Positions 9,199 through 18,713 of a stretch of 42,246 bases of DNA are shown in pieces. Origin of the DNA: Myxococcota bacterium. Its GTDB lineage: Bacteria; Myxococcota_A; UBA9160; UBA4427. A program made the position numbers and the translations under genes. The stretch lies in NCBI GenBank assembly GCA_036336835.1, contig JAYZFK010000013.1:1-42246 (forward strand), in the 5' to 3' direction. The notes beneath the pieces were generated by a model. It was not told the DNA's origin and searched no databases. It saw only the letters and a program-made list of their open reading frames with translations. The number at the start of each line of letters is the position of its first letter. The stretch's first letter is position 1.

Positions 9199-9283
9199 GA
9201 AACCAGAACATGTTCGCATTTTTGGTGGACCTCGGCTTGGGGCTGACGCGCCGCCTGGGCCTCGGCTAGCTTCCCACACGAGA

Positions 9284-9308
9284 GAAAATGAAATCGAAAT
9301 TCAATTTC
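9284..9308. promoter_or_regulatory. Fur-like iron-responsive operator overlapping the feoA start codon
   Basis: AT-rich imperfect palindrome GAAAATGAAATCGAAATTCAATTTC with TGA-N9-TCA core, at the head of feoAB. Confidence 0.65.
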
Positions 9309-9563
9309 ACGATCGGTCAGGAGTGCGCCCTCAGCGAGCTCGGCCCGAGCCAGAGCGCGCGGATCCTGGACGTGGATGCCTCGGCTGCGGCGGGACGCCG
9401 GCTGCTCGACCTCGGCTTCCTGCCCGAGACCCCCCTGCGCGTGTTGCGACGCGCCCCGCTCGGCGACCCCGTCGTCTACGAGCTGCGGGGCTATCGCATC
9501 TGCCTGCGCCGGGTGGATGCGGCGCGCGTCCGCGTCCGCGTCCACGTCGGGGACGACCCGTGA
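9288..9563 (+). CDS. feoA: Ferrous iron transport protein A
   Basis: RRLLDLGFLP...RRAPLGDPVVYELRG FeoA signature; stop overlaps feoB start. Confidence 0.93.
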   Translation: MKSKFNFTIGQECALSELGPSQSARILDVDASAAAGRRLLDLGFLPETPLRVLRRAPLGDPVVYELRGYRICLRRVDAARVRVRVHVGDDP

Positions 9564-11452
9564 CGACGGCGACGCCGCCGCTGCGCCTCGGCCTGGTCGG
9601 CAGCCCCAACTCGGGCAAGACCACGCTGTTCAATGCGCTGACCGGCCTGCGCGCGCGTGTCGGCAACTACCCCGGCGTCACCGTCGAGCGCCGCGAGGGC
9701 CGGCTCGAGCTCGGCGAGCGATCCGGCGTCGTGATCGACCTGCCGGGCACCTACAGCCTCGACCCGATCAGTGCGGACGAGGCGGTGGTGGTCCGGGTGC
9801 TCGACGGCGAGATCGCGCAGGTCGCGCCGCCCGACGCGCTGCTCGTGGTGGCGGACGCCTGCTCGCTCGACCGTTCGCTGCTGCTGGTGGGCGATGTGCT
9901 GCGTCGGGGGCTTCCGACCTGCCTGGTCGTGACGATGGTCGACGAGCTGGAGTCGCGCGGTGGGCACCTCGACACCGCACGGCTCGAGGCGGCGCTGGGC
10001 GTCCCGGTAATCGGCGTGGTCGGCCACCGCGGGCTCGGGATCGACCGCCTGCGAGAGCAGCTCGGCTCGCCCGAGAGCTGGAGCCGCCCCCCGATCCCGC
10101 CGCCCGCAGACCGGCTCGAGCGCGCCGGCTGGGCCGACTCGATCCTCTCGACGGCACTGACATCGCGGCCGGGGCACAACCGCGTGACGCAGGCGATCGA
10201 CCGCGTCGTGCTGCACCCGATCGCCGGCACGCTGCTGTTCGCGCTGGTGATGGTGGCATTCTTCCAGCTGATCTTTGCCTGGGCGACGCCCGCGATGGAC
10301 TGGATCGACGCCTCGGTGGGAGCGTTCGCGCAGGGCGTGCGCGCGACCCTGGGCAGAGGCCTGCTCGCGGACTTCCTCGCCGACGGAGTGATCGCCGGAG
10401 CGGGCGCAGTGGTGATCTTCCTGCCGCAGATCGTGCTGCTGTTCTCGCTGCTCTACCTGCTCGAGGACATCGGCTACATGGCGCGCGCAGCGTTCGTCGT
10501 GGACCGCGCAATGGGGCGAATCGGCCTCGAAGGCCGCGCCTTCGTTGCGCTGTTGTCCTCCTACGCCTGCGCCGTGCCGGGGATCATGGCGGCGCGCACC
10601 GTCCCGTCGCCGCGCGATCGGCTGCTGACGATCCTGGTCGCGCCGCTGATGACCTGCTCCGCGCGACTGCCGGTGTACGCCCTGCTGATCGGCGCCTTCG
10701 TTCCGGCGACCTCGGTCTGGGGGCCGATCGGGCTCCAGGGGCTGGTGCTGCTGGGGCTCTACCTGCTGGGAGCCTTGGCGGCGCTCGGCGCGGCCGCCGT
10801 GCTCGGCCGCACGCTGCTGCGCGGAGAGGGACTGCCATTCACGATGGAGCTGCCGAGCTATCGCTGGCCCACGCCCAGGCTGTGGGCCTCACAGGTGTGG
10901 GGGAGCGCCTGGGCCTTTCTGCGGCGCGCCGGCAGCATCATCCTGGTCGCCTCGATCGCGCTGTGGTTCCTGCTCACGTTTCCGCGCGTCGAACCGCCAG
11001 CAGGGCTCGACGACGCGGCCGCGACGCAGTTTGCGCTCGAGCACAGCGCGGCGGGTCGCCTGGGCCACGCGCTCGAGCCCCTGATCGCTCCGCTCGGCTT
11101 CGACTGGAAGATCGGCGTCGGCTTGATCGCGAGCCTCGCGGCGCGCGAGGTGATCGTGGCGACACTCGCACAGATCTACGCCGTCTCCGACGAGGGGACG
11201 TCGCTGCGCGAGGCTGTGCGCAACGACGTCGACCGCGAGACGGGCGACCCCGTGTTCGACCCCCCGACCGTGGCGTCACTGCTGGTCTTCTTCGTCTTTG
11301 CGCTCCAGTGCATGTCGACGCTGGCCATCATGCGACGAGAAACCAACTCGTGGCGCTGGCCCGCCTTCGCGTTCGGCTACCTGCTCGTGCTGGCATACGG
11401 TGCAAGCTTCGTCACCTATCGGCTCGTCGGGCTGGTGGCCGCCTCTACCTGA
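9560..11452 (+). CDS. feoB: Ferrous iron transport protein B
   Basis: GSPNSGKT, VGNYPGVTVE, DLPGTYSL, LEDIGYMAR, CAVPGIM, MTCSARLPVY; GTG at 9560. Confidence 0.96.
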   Translation: MTTATPPLRLGLVGSPNSGKTTLFNALTGLRARVGNYPGVTVERREGRLELGERSGVVIDLPGTYSLDPISADEAVVVRVLDGEIAQVAPPDALLVVADACSLDRSLLLVGDVLRRGLPTCLVVTMVDELESRGGHLDTARLEAALGVPVIGVVGHRGLGIDRLREQLGSPESWSRPPIPPPADRLERAGWADSILSTALTSRPGHNRVTQAIDRVVLHPIAGTLLFALVMVAFFQLIFAWATPAMDWIDASVGAFAQGVRATLGRGLLADFLADGVIAGAGAVVIFLPQIVLLFSLLYLLEDIGYMARAAFVVDRAMGRIGLEGRAFVALLSSYACAVPGIMAARTVPSPRDRLLTILVAPLMTCSARLPVYALLIGAFVPATSVWGPIGLQGLVLLGLYLLGALAALGAAAVLGRTLLRGEGLPFTMELPSYRWPTPRLWASQVWGSAWAFLRRAGSIILVASIALWFLLTFPRVEPPAGLDDAAATQFALEHSAAGRLGHALEPLIAPLGFDWKIGVGLIASLAAREVIVATLAQIYAVSDEGTSLREAVRNDVDRETGDPVFDPPTVASLLVFFVFALQCMSTLAIMRRETNSWRWPAFAFGYLLVLAYGASFVTYRLVGLVAAST

Positions 11453-11472
11453 GGCGACCTACTCTTGGCCGG

Positions 11473-12315
11473 GTGAAGCCGAGTGTCGCTGCCTGCCTCT
11501 CGACCCTCGTCGTGTTCGTGCTCGCCGGCTGCGGCACGCGCACGATCAAGACAGCGATCGTCGATAAGCCCGCACTCGAGGTGACGCTGAGGCATCAGCT
11601 CCGCAACGGCGCCGTCGTGGATCGCAGCTTCCAGCACCCCACCGCGATCTCAGCTCAGCGACTCTCCCACATCCTGGGAGCGGTCGATATCGAGATGCGC
11701 AAGGAAGACGAGAAGAAGGTGCGCGTTGCCGCCATCCACCCCGCACTGCTCGAGCCGGTGTCGCAAGCGATGGTGGACGCGTTCGAGCGCGCCGACTCGA
11801 GCCAGGAAGTCACGGTGATCGCGGTGCGCAAGCAGCAACGGCTGGGCGTCTTCCACAAGAAATTCCTGACCACGCTGATCGCATTCTTCCTCGATGACCG
11901 TCTCTACATCTACTTCTCACGCGTCGAGTGGGAGATCCCGAAGGAGCGCGAGAAGAAGGTGATGCCGGAGCCGCAGCGCGGCGAGAAGCAGATGGCCTTC
12001 CGCACGGTGGCAGAGCGAAAGATGAGCCAGGCGGGAAGTCAGGGCGTTGCGGTGCGCTGGCGCGACAACCTGTTCAGCTCGCCGGTGCGAACCGTGAACC
12101 AGGTCGGCGGCCCGCGTCGGGAGCGCACGATCCTGATGGAGTCGCAGATCCCCGCCGCAGAGCTCGAAGAGTCGGAGGATGTGGGGCTCGACGACATCGA
12201 GCCGGAGATCCTGCGAGCGCTCGCGGACCTCGAGGAGGCACGCCGCGACGGCGGCATCACGGAGACCGAGTACCGGGAACGGCGCGAGAACCTGCTCGGT
12301 CAAGACCGGTACTGA
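11473..12315 (+). CDS. Lipoprotein with C-terminal SHOCT-like domain
   Basis: Signal peptide with lipobox LAGC; C-terminus LRALADLEEARRDGGITETEYRERRENLL. Confidence 0.75.
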   Translation: MKPSVAACLSTLVVFVLAGCGTRTIKTAIVDKPALEVTLRHQLRNGAVVDRSFQHPTAISAQRLSHILGAVDIEMRKEDEKKVRVAAIHPALLEPVSQAMVDAFERADSSQEVTVIAVRKQQRLGVFHKKFLTTLIAFFLDDRLYIYFSRVEWEIPKEREKKVMPEPQRGEKQMAFRTVAERKMSQAGSQGVAVRWRDNLFSSPVRTVNQVGGPRRERTILMESQIPAAELEESEDVGLDDIEPEILRALADLEEARRDGGITETEYRERRENLLGQDRY

Positions 12316-12436
12316 GCCTTGGCGGCCCGCTGATGCGCTGCCGATCGACATCACTGGCGGCCGTTGGCGTCACAGCCCGGATCCCATAGCCTCCCGAGCC
12401 GCGCGCCCGCGCCCCCGGGCAACCCGGAGTCTGGCA

Positions 12437-15400
12437 ATGCCCGGTCCGTTCCTGCAGATGCTGCTCGTCGTGCTGGTCGCGATCCTCACCTCGGTGCTGG
12501 TGAAGGCCCAGCCGCTGCGGGGCCGGCTGCTGAACCTGTGCAAGGTGTGGGCGACGGTCCTCCTCTTCTACATGCTGCTCAGTCACGAAGTGCGGATGGT
12601 GGACGGCTCGCAGGTCGTCGCCGGACGGCTGGTGCTCGACACGCTCGAGCAAGTGGACGCCGCAACCTTCTGGCTGTTCTGCGCCGCGGCGGCGGGCATC
12701 AAGTTCCTCGGAATCCTCGCATCGATGCAACGCTGGACGATCCTGCTGCGAGGCCAGGGGATCGAGCTGCCATTCCGTCACATCTTCGGCTCGTTCCTGA
12801 TCGGACGTTTCCTCGGCACCTTCCTCCCGAGCACCGCCGGACTCGACGGCTACACGCTGTACGACGCGGCGCGCTTCAGTGGCCGAACCATCGAGGCCAC
12901 GGCAGCGAAGGCACTCGAGAAGGTCATCGGCGTCTCTGGCATCTTCCTGTCGTTCCTGATCGCGTTGCCGTTCGGGATCACGATGTTCTACTCGATCTTC
13001 GGCAGGGAGACGGGGCTCAATGTTGCGCTGCTCGGCAGCGCCGTGTGCTTCGCCGTCGTGATCGGCCTGGTGCTGGTGCTGCTGATGCCGCAGGTCGTGC
13101 AGTGGATCGTCGAAAAGCTGCCGATCCCGGGCAAGACACAGCTCGGCGGCCTGGTGATGCGCGTGTCGCACTCAGCCGCCGCGTACCGCGACAAACTCCC
13201 GCTGGTGGCCACTGCGTTCGGCTTGTCGTTCGTGGTCCACTTCACGACGGCCGCGATGTACTACTTCACGACGCTCGCAATCTCGGCTCCGGGGGCGGAG
13301 TTCTGGCCGATCGTGCTCGCATCGTCGATCCAGATCCTCGCCACCGTGCTGTCGCCGTTCACGATCGCAGGTGAGGGCATCCGCGAGCTGGCGCAGCTCA
13401 TGCTGCTGCAGAATATGATCGGCGCGGGGCCCGCGATCGTGTCGGCCGCGCTCGGCTTCTGGGCCGCGGAGGCGCTGACGCTGGCGGGCGGTGTCTTCTG
13501 GTGGGTGCGCCCCGCCGACTACACGCCCGCCTGGTGTCGCGTCGACGGGCAGCAGGTCGACTATGCCGAGGCGGCCCGGGCCGCCACGGATCTGGAGATC
13601 GGCAAGTCCGCGCGCGACGACGGCGGTACGGTCACGGCGGCGCCGCCGCTCGGCGCCCGCGTCGTCCACAACATGGGCCTCGGCTTCGGCGGCGGTGTGC
13701 TCGCGGGTCTGATCATCGGCGTGAGCGAGACGATCGTGATCGCCCTCGGTGGCTTTGGCGAGGACGCTCAGGTGCTGTGGTACGGGCCGCTGGCCTATGC
13801 AGCCCTGCTCGGCGGCCTCGCCACACTGGGCGGGGCGCTGCTGGGCGTACTTCCGATGGGCCGCGAGGAGGCCGAGGGCTGGACGCCCTCGCTCGCGATG
13901 CTCGCGACGTTGGTCCCGCTGGGCCTGGCGATCACCTTGTTCCGGCTGAGGCGCGATGTCTTCCTCGAGCAGATGCCTCCGCTTCCGGTGCTGCTGGGCG
14001 TGCTCGCGGTCTTCGGCGCTGCCGCGGTGGGGTTGTTCTTCGGGGGGCGTCGCCTCTTCGCAGGCCGACTCGGCCGCCTCGTCCGGCCGCGAGCCGCCGC
14101 AGCGCTGTTGGCCGCCACCGTAGCCAGTGGCCTCGCCGCCTCGATCGTCTTCGGGCCGGCCGCTCCCGCAGTCTCGGCGACCGGCGAGATCGCGCCACGG
14201 CTCACCGACAAGCCCAACATCATCCTCGTCATGGTCGACACCCTGCGGGCGGATCATCTGGATTGTTATGGCGCCGCGGACGTGGCAACCCCGAATCTGT
14301 GCGCGCTCGAGCAGGGTGGTGGCAGCCGCTTCAACGCCTACTCACACGCGTCGTGGACCAAGCCGGCGGCCGCATCGCTGCTCACGTCTCTGCTGCCGTC
14401 GAGCCACCAGGCGATGTCGAAGCCGTCTCGGCTCGCGGATGACATTGTGCTGGTATCCGAGGCGCTGCAGGACCACGGCTATACGACCGGCGGCGTGGTG
14501 AGCAACATCAACCTGGCGCAGAGCTTCGGCTTCGACCAGGGCTACCACGAGTACCACTATCTGGCGCCGGACTATCTGATCGGCGCCGAGGAGTCGTCGT
14601 CCAAACTCATCCTCTACCAGATCGCTCGCAGCGTGATCCTGAAGCTGCGCGGAAAGAACCAGTACTTCTCGGACTTCTACCAGGACTCCGAGGTCGTGAA
14701 CGGACGCGCCATCGACTGGCTCGACCGCAACGGCCAGCATCGCTTCTACCTCTTCCTCCACTACATGGACCCGCACGACCCCTACTTCGCGCACCCCTAC
14801 GACGGCAGTGCCGTCGCGCGGGTGACGGGAGATCCCGATCCATCCGAGGCAGAGCGACTGCGCGAGCTCTACAAGGGCGAGATCGAGTACCTCGACCGCA
14901 ATTTTGGCGAGCTACTGGAGAAGCTTCACGCGCTCGGCGTGTACGACGACACGCTGATCGTGCTCACAGCGGATCACGGCGAAGAGTTCTACGAGCACGG
15001 CGGCTGGTGGCACGGGCTCACACTCTACGACGAGCAGATCCGCGTTCCGCTGCTGGTGAAGTGGCCGAAGGGCCGCGCGGAGCGGCCGACCGGCTCGAGT
15101 CACCAGATCGCGCGCCTGATCGACGTCGCACCGACCCTGCTCGCACGCGCCGGCGCGGCGATTCCGGACGCCATGCAGGGTGTCGACCTCGCGTTGCCCT
15201 ACACCGCGCGCAGCGAGAAAGACCGGGAGGCGTTCGCCGAAGAGGACCACGAGGGCAACGTCCTGTGGTCCCTGCGCACCGCCACGATGAAGCTGATCGA
15301 AGCCAATGCGGACAACCACCGGGGTCTTCCAACCCGTGAGCTCTTCGACCTCACCGCCGACCCGGGTGAGCAGAACAATCTCGTCGGCAAGGGCTTCGAC

Positions 15401-15562
15401 GACACCGCCGACCGGCTCGCGCGCCACGCCGATCTCCAGCGCAAGGCTGCGGAAGGCAGCGCCGTCCAGGGCGGCGGCGATGCCGAGATGTCATTCGCCG
15501 AATGCGAGCAGCTCCGGATGCTCGGCTACGTCGAAGACTGCAGCGAAGCCGAAACCAACTAG
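12437..15562 (+). CDS. Fusion of LPG-synthase-TM/UPF0104 flippase-like domain, membrane linker and sulfatase-like (alkaline phosphatase superfamily) domain
   Basis: N-half: RWTILLR.QGI...IGRFLGTFLPSTAGLD, SPFTIAGEGIRE; C-half: NIILVMVDTLRADH, SWTKPAAASLLT, HYMDPHDPY, TADHGE, QLRMLGYV; ATG at 12437 after GGAG. Confidence 0.8.
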   Translation: MPGPFLQMLLVVLVAILTSVLVKAQPLRGRLLNLCKVWATVLLFYMLLSHEVRMVDGSQVVAGRLVLDTLEQVDAATFWLFCAAAAGIKFLGILASMQRWTILLRGQGIELPFRHIFGSFLIGRFLGTFLPSTAGLDGYTLYDAARFSGRTIEATAAKALEKVIGVSGIFLSFLIALPFGITMFYSIFGRETGLNVALLGSAVCFAVVIGLVLVLLMPQVVQWIVEKLPIPGKTQLGGLVMRVSHSAAAYRDKLPLVATAFGLSFVVHFTTAAMYYFTTLAISAPGAEFWPIVLASSIQILATVLSPFTIAGEGIRELAQLMLLQNMIGAGPAIVSAALGFWAAEALTLAGGVFWWVRPADYTPAWCRVDGQQVDYAEAARAATDLEIGKSARDDGGTVTAAPPLGARVVHNMGLGFGGGVLAGLIIGVSETIVIALGGFGEDAQVLWYGPLAYAALLGGLATLGGALLGVLPMGREEAEGWTPSLAMLATLVPLGLAITLFRLRRDVFLEQMPPLPVLLGVLAVFGAAAVGLFFGGRRLFAGRLGRLVRPRAAAALLAATVASGLAASIVFGPAAPAVSATGEIAPRLTDKPNIILVMVDTLRADHLDCYGAADVATPNLCALEQGGGSRFNAYSHASWTKPAAASLLTSLLPSSHQAMSKPSRLADDIVLVSEALQDHGYTTGGVVSNINLAQSFGFDQGYHEYHYLAPDYLIGAEESSSKLILYQIARSVILKLRGKNQYFSDFYQDSEVVNGRAIDWLDRNGQHRFYLFLHYMDPHDPYFAHPYDGSAVARVTGDPDPSEAERLRELYKGEIEYLDRNFGELLEKLHALGVYDDTLIVLTADHGEEFYEHGGWWHGLTLYDEQIRVPLLVKWPKGRAERPTGSSHQIARLIDVAPTLLARAGAAIPDAMQGVDLALPYTARSEKDREAFAEEDHEGNVLWSLRTATMKLIEANADNHRGLPTRELFDLTADPGEQNNLVGKGFDDTADRLARHADLQRKAAEGSAVQGGGDAEMSFAECEQLRMLGYVEDCSEAETN

Positions 15563-15596
15563 ACCACTGCCCGGAGCCTGATCCTATAATACGCAG

Positions 15597-16226
15597 ATGG
15601 CTTATGACTTGAGTCGACATTTGGAGCCCTCCCAGACATCGGTGCTGGTCTTCGAGTGCCAGCAAGGGGTGATCGGGGAGGGGAGCGCTCTCGCTGGTCT
15701 CGCCGAGGCGGTCCGCGCGGGGCAGATGGTCGAGCACATCGCTGCGCTACTCGACGCCGCCCGAGCCGCCGGCGCGCGAATCTTCCATTGCACCGCGGCG
15801 AAGCGACCCGACGGCATCGGCAATCCCTTCAACACGCCGATCGAGATGCGGCTCCGCGAGAAGGGCGGCGGTACGAAGGCGCACGGTGCGGGTGAGGTGG
15901 TCGAGGCGCTCACGCCCAGGCCCGGTGAGGTGGTCATCGCCCGTCAACACGGGATGACCGCCTTCTACGAGAGCGGGCTGGATGCTTTCCTTCGCAACAC
16001 CGGGACGAAGACCGTCGTGATCACCGGCGTCTCCGTCAATGTCGGCGTACTCGGCACGACCATCGAGGCCGTCAACCGCGGCTACACCGCAATCGTCCCG
16101 ACCGACTGCGTCGCCGGCGATCCGCCCGAGTATGCCGAGCAGGCGCTGCGCTACTCCGTGCGCAATCTCGCGTTGCTCACGACGGGCGAAGAAATCGAGG
16201 CGATCTGGCAGGCGGGCGAACGCTAG
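15597..16226 (+). CDS. Isochorismatase/cysteine hydrolase family protein
   Basis: Fold motifs [40 protein letters not shown]. Confidence 0.85.
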   Translation: MAYDLSRHLEPSQTSVLVFECQQGVIGEGSALAGLAEAVRAGQMVEHIAALLDAARAAGARIFHCTAAKRPDGIGNPFNTPIEMRLREKGGGTKAHGAGEVVEALTPRPGEVVIARQHGMTAFYESGLDAFLRNTGTKTVVITGVSVNVGVLGTTIEAVNRGYTAIVPTDCVAGDPPEYAEQALRYSVRNLALLTTGEEIEAIWQAGER

Positions 16227-16621
16227 TCGCGTTCGAGCTCGAGCGAGCTGGAGTTCATGCAGTAGCGGAGCCCCGTCGGTGCGGGTCCATCCGGGAAGAC
16301 GTGCCCCAGATGCGCGTCGCACCTGCTGCAGACGACTTCGGTGCGCGCCATGCCGAGCGAGGCGTCGGTCTGCTCGCCGACCGCATCGCTGCTCACCGGT
16401 TGATAGAAGCTCGGCCAGCCGGTTCCGGAGTCGTACTTCGTTTCCGAGCGAAAGAGATCCTGTCCACAGCAGACGCACTTGTAGGTGCCGGCGTCCTTGC
16501 TGTCCCAGTACTTGCCCGTGAAGGGGCGCTCGGTCCCCGAGCAGCGCGTCACCTGATACTGCTCGGCCTCGAGCTGCTCCCGCCACTCATCGTCGGACTT
16601 GCGAATCTTGTCGTCGGCCAT
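16223..16621 (-). CDS. msrB: Peptide-methionine (R)-S-oxide reductase
   Basis: [49 protein letters not shown] at 16621 after GAGG. Confidence 0.97.
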   Translation of the reverse strand: MADDKIRKSDDEWREQLEAEQYQVTRCSGTERPFTGKYWDSKDAGTYKCVCCGQDLFRSETKYDSGTGWPSFYQPVSSDAVGEQTDASLGMARTEVVCSRCDAHLGHVFPDGPAPTGLRYCMNSSSLELERD

Positions 16622-16709
16622 GGTTTCCTCCGGCTCGCAATGCACAGCCTGGGCGGCGCCCGCGCGCGACCCTAGCGCCCCCGGGCGCTCCAGGATACCG
16701 GCCCGGCCG

Positions 16710-17108
16710 TTAGCTCGGACCGCGGGCCAGCGCGCTGCGCACCGCCTCGCCCTCGAGCGCGAGTGTGATGAAGCGCGGGGACTCGGTGTCGCCCCGCAGC
16801 TGGAGTCGCAGCATGCGGCCATCCGACTCCGACCACGAGCCGTGGAGCGGGCACCCGACCACCCGCCACCAGGGCTCGTCCTCGAGGCTCGTCTGCATCC
16901 CACCCGGTACGTCGTCCGCGTCCTCGGCGTGTATGGCACACAGCGCGCCCGCCGCCGTGTCGCCAGCCACGAGAACGCGGCCCACCTCGAAGACCAGCAG
17001 GAACGCCGCCGCCAGCTGCTCTTCGCCACCGACGCCCGGCAGCTGCTCGACCGCCAGCAGCTTCGCCTTGGCATCCCGGATGCGCTCGAGGATCTCGATG
17101 CCCCGCAC
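16710..17108 (-). CDS. Hypothetical protein
   Basis: 132-aa ORF with globular-looking composition filling the gap upstream of msrB; no family recognised. Confidence 0.6.
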   Translation of the reverse strand: MRGIEILERIRDAKAKLLAVEQLPGVGGEEQLAAAFLLVFEVGRVLVAGDTAAGALCAIHAEDADDVPGGMQTSLEDEPWWRVVGCPLHGSWSESDGRMLRLQLRGDTESPRFITLALEGEAVRSALARGPS

Positions 17109-17227
17109 GCCTACGCCCGGCGCACCCGCCGCTGCGCAGCGACGCGCGCCACCACTCCGGTCTTCTCGTCGGCGTCGGTCATGCCTCTCTCCTCGTCGCG
17201 ATGGCGCGACAGTCTACACTGGCCCCG

Positions 17228-17524
17228 ATGTACGACGACGATCGCGCCGTGAAGCCCGACGGACGGACCGTGCGCCGTCTGCGCCACGATCGCGGCTGGT
17301 CGCCGCGCGCGCTGATCGACGAGATCGCGCGGGTACACTTTGCAACCACGGGGCTGCGCGAGACCATCACGCCGAATCTGCTGATCGGGATCGAGGAGCA
17401 CGACGAGGCCGTGCCCTACTCGACGCTGTGCCTGGTGTCCGGTGCCTTCGACTGCGACCCGATCGATCTCGTCCGCTCGAGCCAGGACGACGAAGAAGGA
17501 GAGGGCGGTGGCAGCGATCGCTGA
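17228..17524 (+). CDS. Small XRE/Cro-like helix-turn-helix protein (atypical)
   Basis: G.TVRRLRHDRGWS...LIGIE...P..STL.LVS.AFDCDPIDL follows the XRE pattern with an insertion; ATG at 17228. Confidence 0.6.
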   Translation: MYDDDRAVKPDGRTVRRLRHDRGWSPRALIDEIARVHFATTGLRETITPNLLIGIEEHDEAVPYSTLCLVSGAFDCDPIDLVRSSQDDEEGEGGGSDR

Positions 17525-18020
17525 CGCCGAAATCCGCCCGGCCGAGGCTTCTGATCTCGCGGCGCTCGCCCGGATCTACGACCACTACATCGTACACTCG
17601 ACGATCACGTTCGACCTAGAGCCGTTCGGGGCCGAGGGTTGGCGCGCGTGGTTCGAGGGCTTCGATCTCCGCGGTCGGCATCGCCTGTTCGTCGCCGATG
17701 CCGGTCGCGGCGCCGTCGGCTACTCGAGCAGCCATCCGTTCCGGCCGAAGGGAGCCTACGCCACCTCGGTCGAGACCAGCGTCTACCTCGACCCCGCCTG
17801 GCAGGGTCGCGGGCTCGGCGCGCGGCTGTACGCGGCACTGTTCGACGCACTCGCCAGCGAGGACGTCCACCGCGCCTACGCCGGAATCACGCTCCCCAAT
17901 CCCGCCTCGCTGGCCCTGCACCAGCGCTTCGGCTTCGAGCACGCCGGAACCTTTCGCCAGGTCGGCCGCAAGCACGACCGCTACTGGGACGTGGCCTGGT
18001 ACGAGAAGTCGCTGCGCTGA
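17508..18020 (+). CDS. GNAT N-acetyltransferase, phosphinothricin/methionine-sulfoximine acetyltransferase-like
   Basis: IY.HY...STITFD, FRPK.AY..SVETSVY, GRGLG, PNPASLALH..FGF, VGRK...WDV; GTG at 17508 with AGGAG. Confidence 0.9.
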   Translation: MAAIADAEIRPAEASDLAALARIYDHYIVHSTITFDLEPFGAEGWRAWFEGFDLRGRHRLFVADAGRGAVGYSSSHPFRPKGAYATSVETSVYLDPAWQGRGLGARLYAALFDALASEDVHRAYAGITLPNPASLALHQRFGFEHAGTFRQVGRKHDRYWDVAWYEKSLR

Positions 18021-18038
18021 GCGGATTACAGAGAGCCC

Positions 18039-18599
18039 TCAGGCGACGAGCCGGTAGGGCGCTTCGCGGTACGCGGCGCTCTCGAAATCGGTCCGCGTGA
18101 GCCGTGCGAAGTCCGCCGGCAGCCCCTTGACCTCGATGCGCTGCCAGTCGTGTAGCTCGAGGCGCTCGAGCACGCGGCGCGATCGCTCGTTGGGAGGATC
18201 GACGCCGCCGTCGATCCGATCGAGGCCGCACTCCTCGAAGCCAAAGCGCAGTGCCGCAGCGGAAGCCTCGAACGCGTATCCCCGACGCCAGTGGTCGGGA
18301 GCGAGGCCGTAGAGCAGCTCGGGGCGCGTCGCGCCCCCCAGCTCGTCGTAGTCGCGCAGCCCGCAGAAGCCCACGAGCCCGGCGGTGTCGCGGCGCTGCA
18401 GGCAGCAGAGCCCGTAGCCCCGCTCGGCAAACGAGATCCTGCTCGCTTCGATCACGGCCACGGCGGTGTCGCGCTCGATCACGACGTCGTCCCAAAGGTA
18501 GCGACGCACATCCGGCAGCACCCACAATGCGTGCAGGGCGTCGACGTCGGTGGCTTCGAACGGACGCATCAGCAAACGCGCGGTCTCGATCCGGATCAT
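18039..18599 (-). CDS. GNAT N-acetyltransferase, RimJ/RimL-like
   Basis: IETARLLMRPF, VGFCGL, ELLYGL...W.RGYA.EA, N.RS.RVLERL. Confidence 0.88.
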   Translation of the reverse strand: MIRIETARLLMRPFEATDVDALHALWVLPDVRRYLWDDVVIERDTAVAVIEASRISFAERGYGLCCLQRRDTAGLVGFCGLRDYDELGGATRPELLYGLAPDHWRRGYAFEASAAALRFGFEECGLDRIDGGVDPPNERSRRVLERLELHDWQRIEVKGLPADFARLTRTDFESAAYREAPYRLVA

Positions 18600-18713
18600 G
18601 ACTCGTCTCTTTCGGCCGTGTCGTGGAGCGGGACGGATCGCGTCACGGACGGCGCGCCGGGACTTCCATCCGGTATCGCAGGCGCCGGCCCGATCCGTGT
18701 CTCGGCTGAACGC

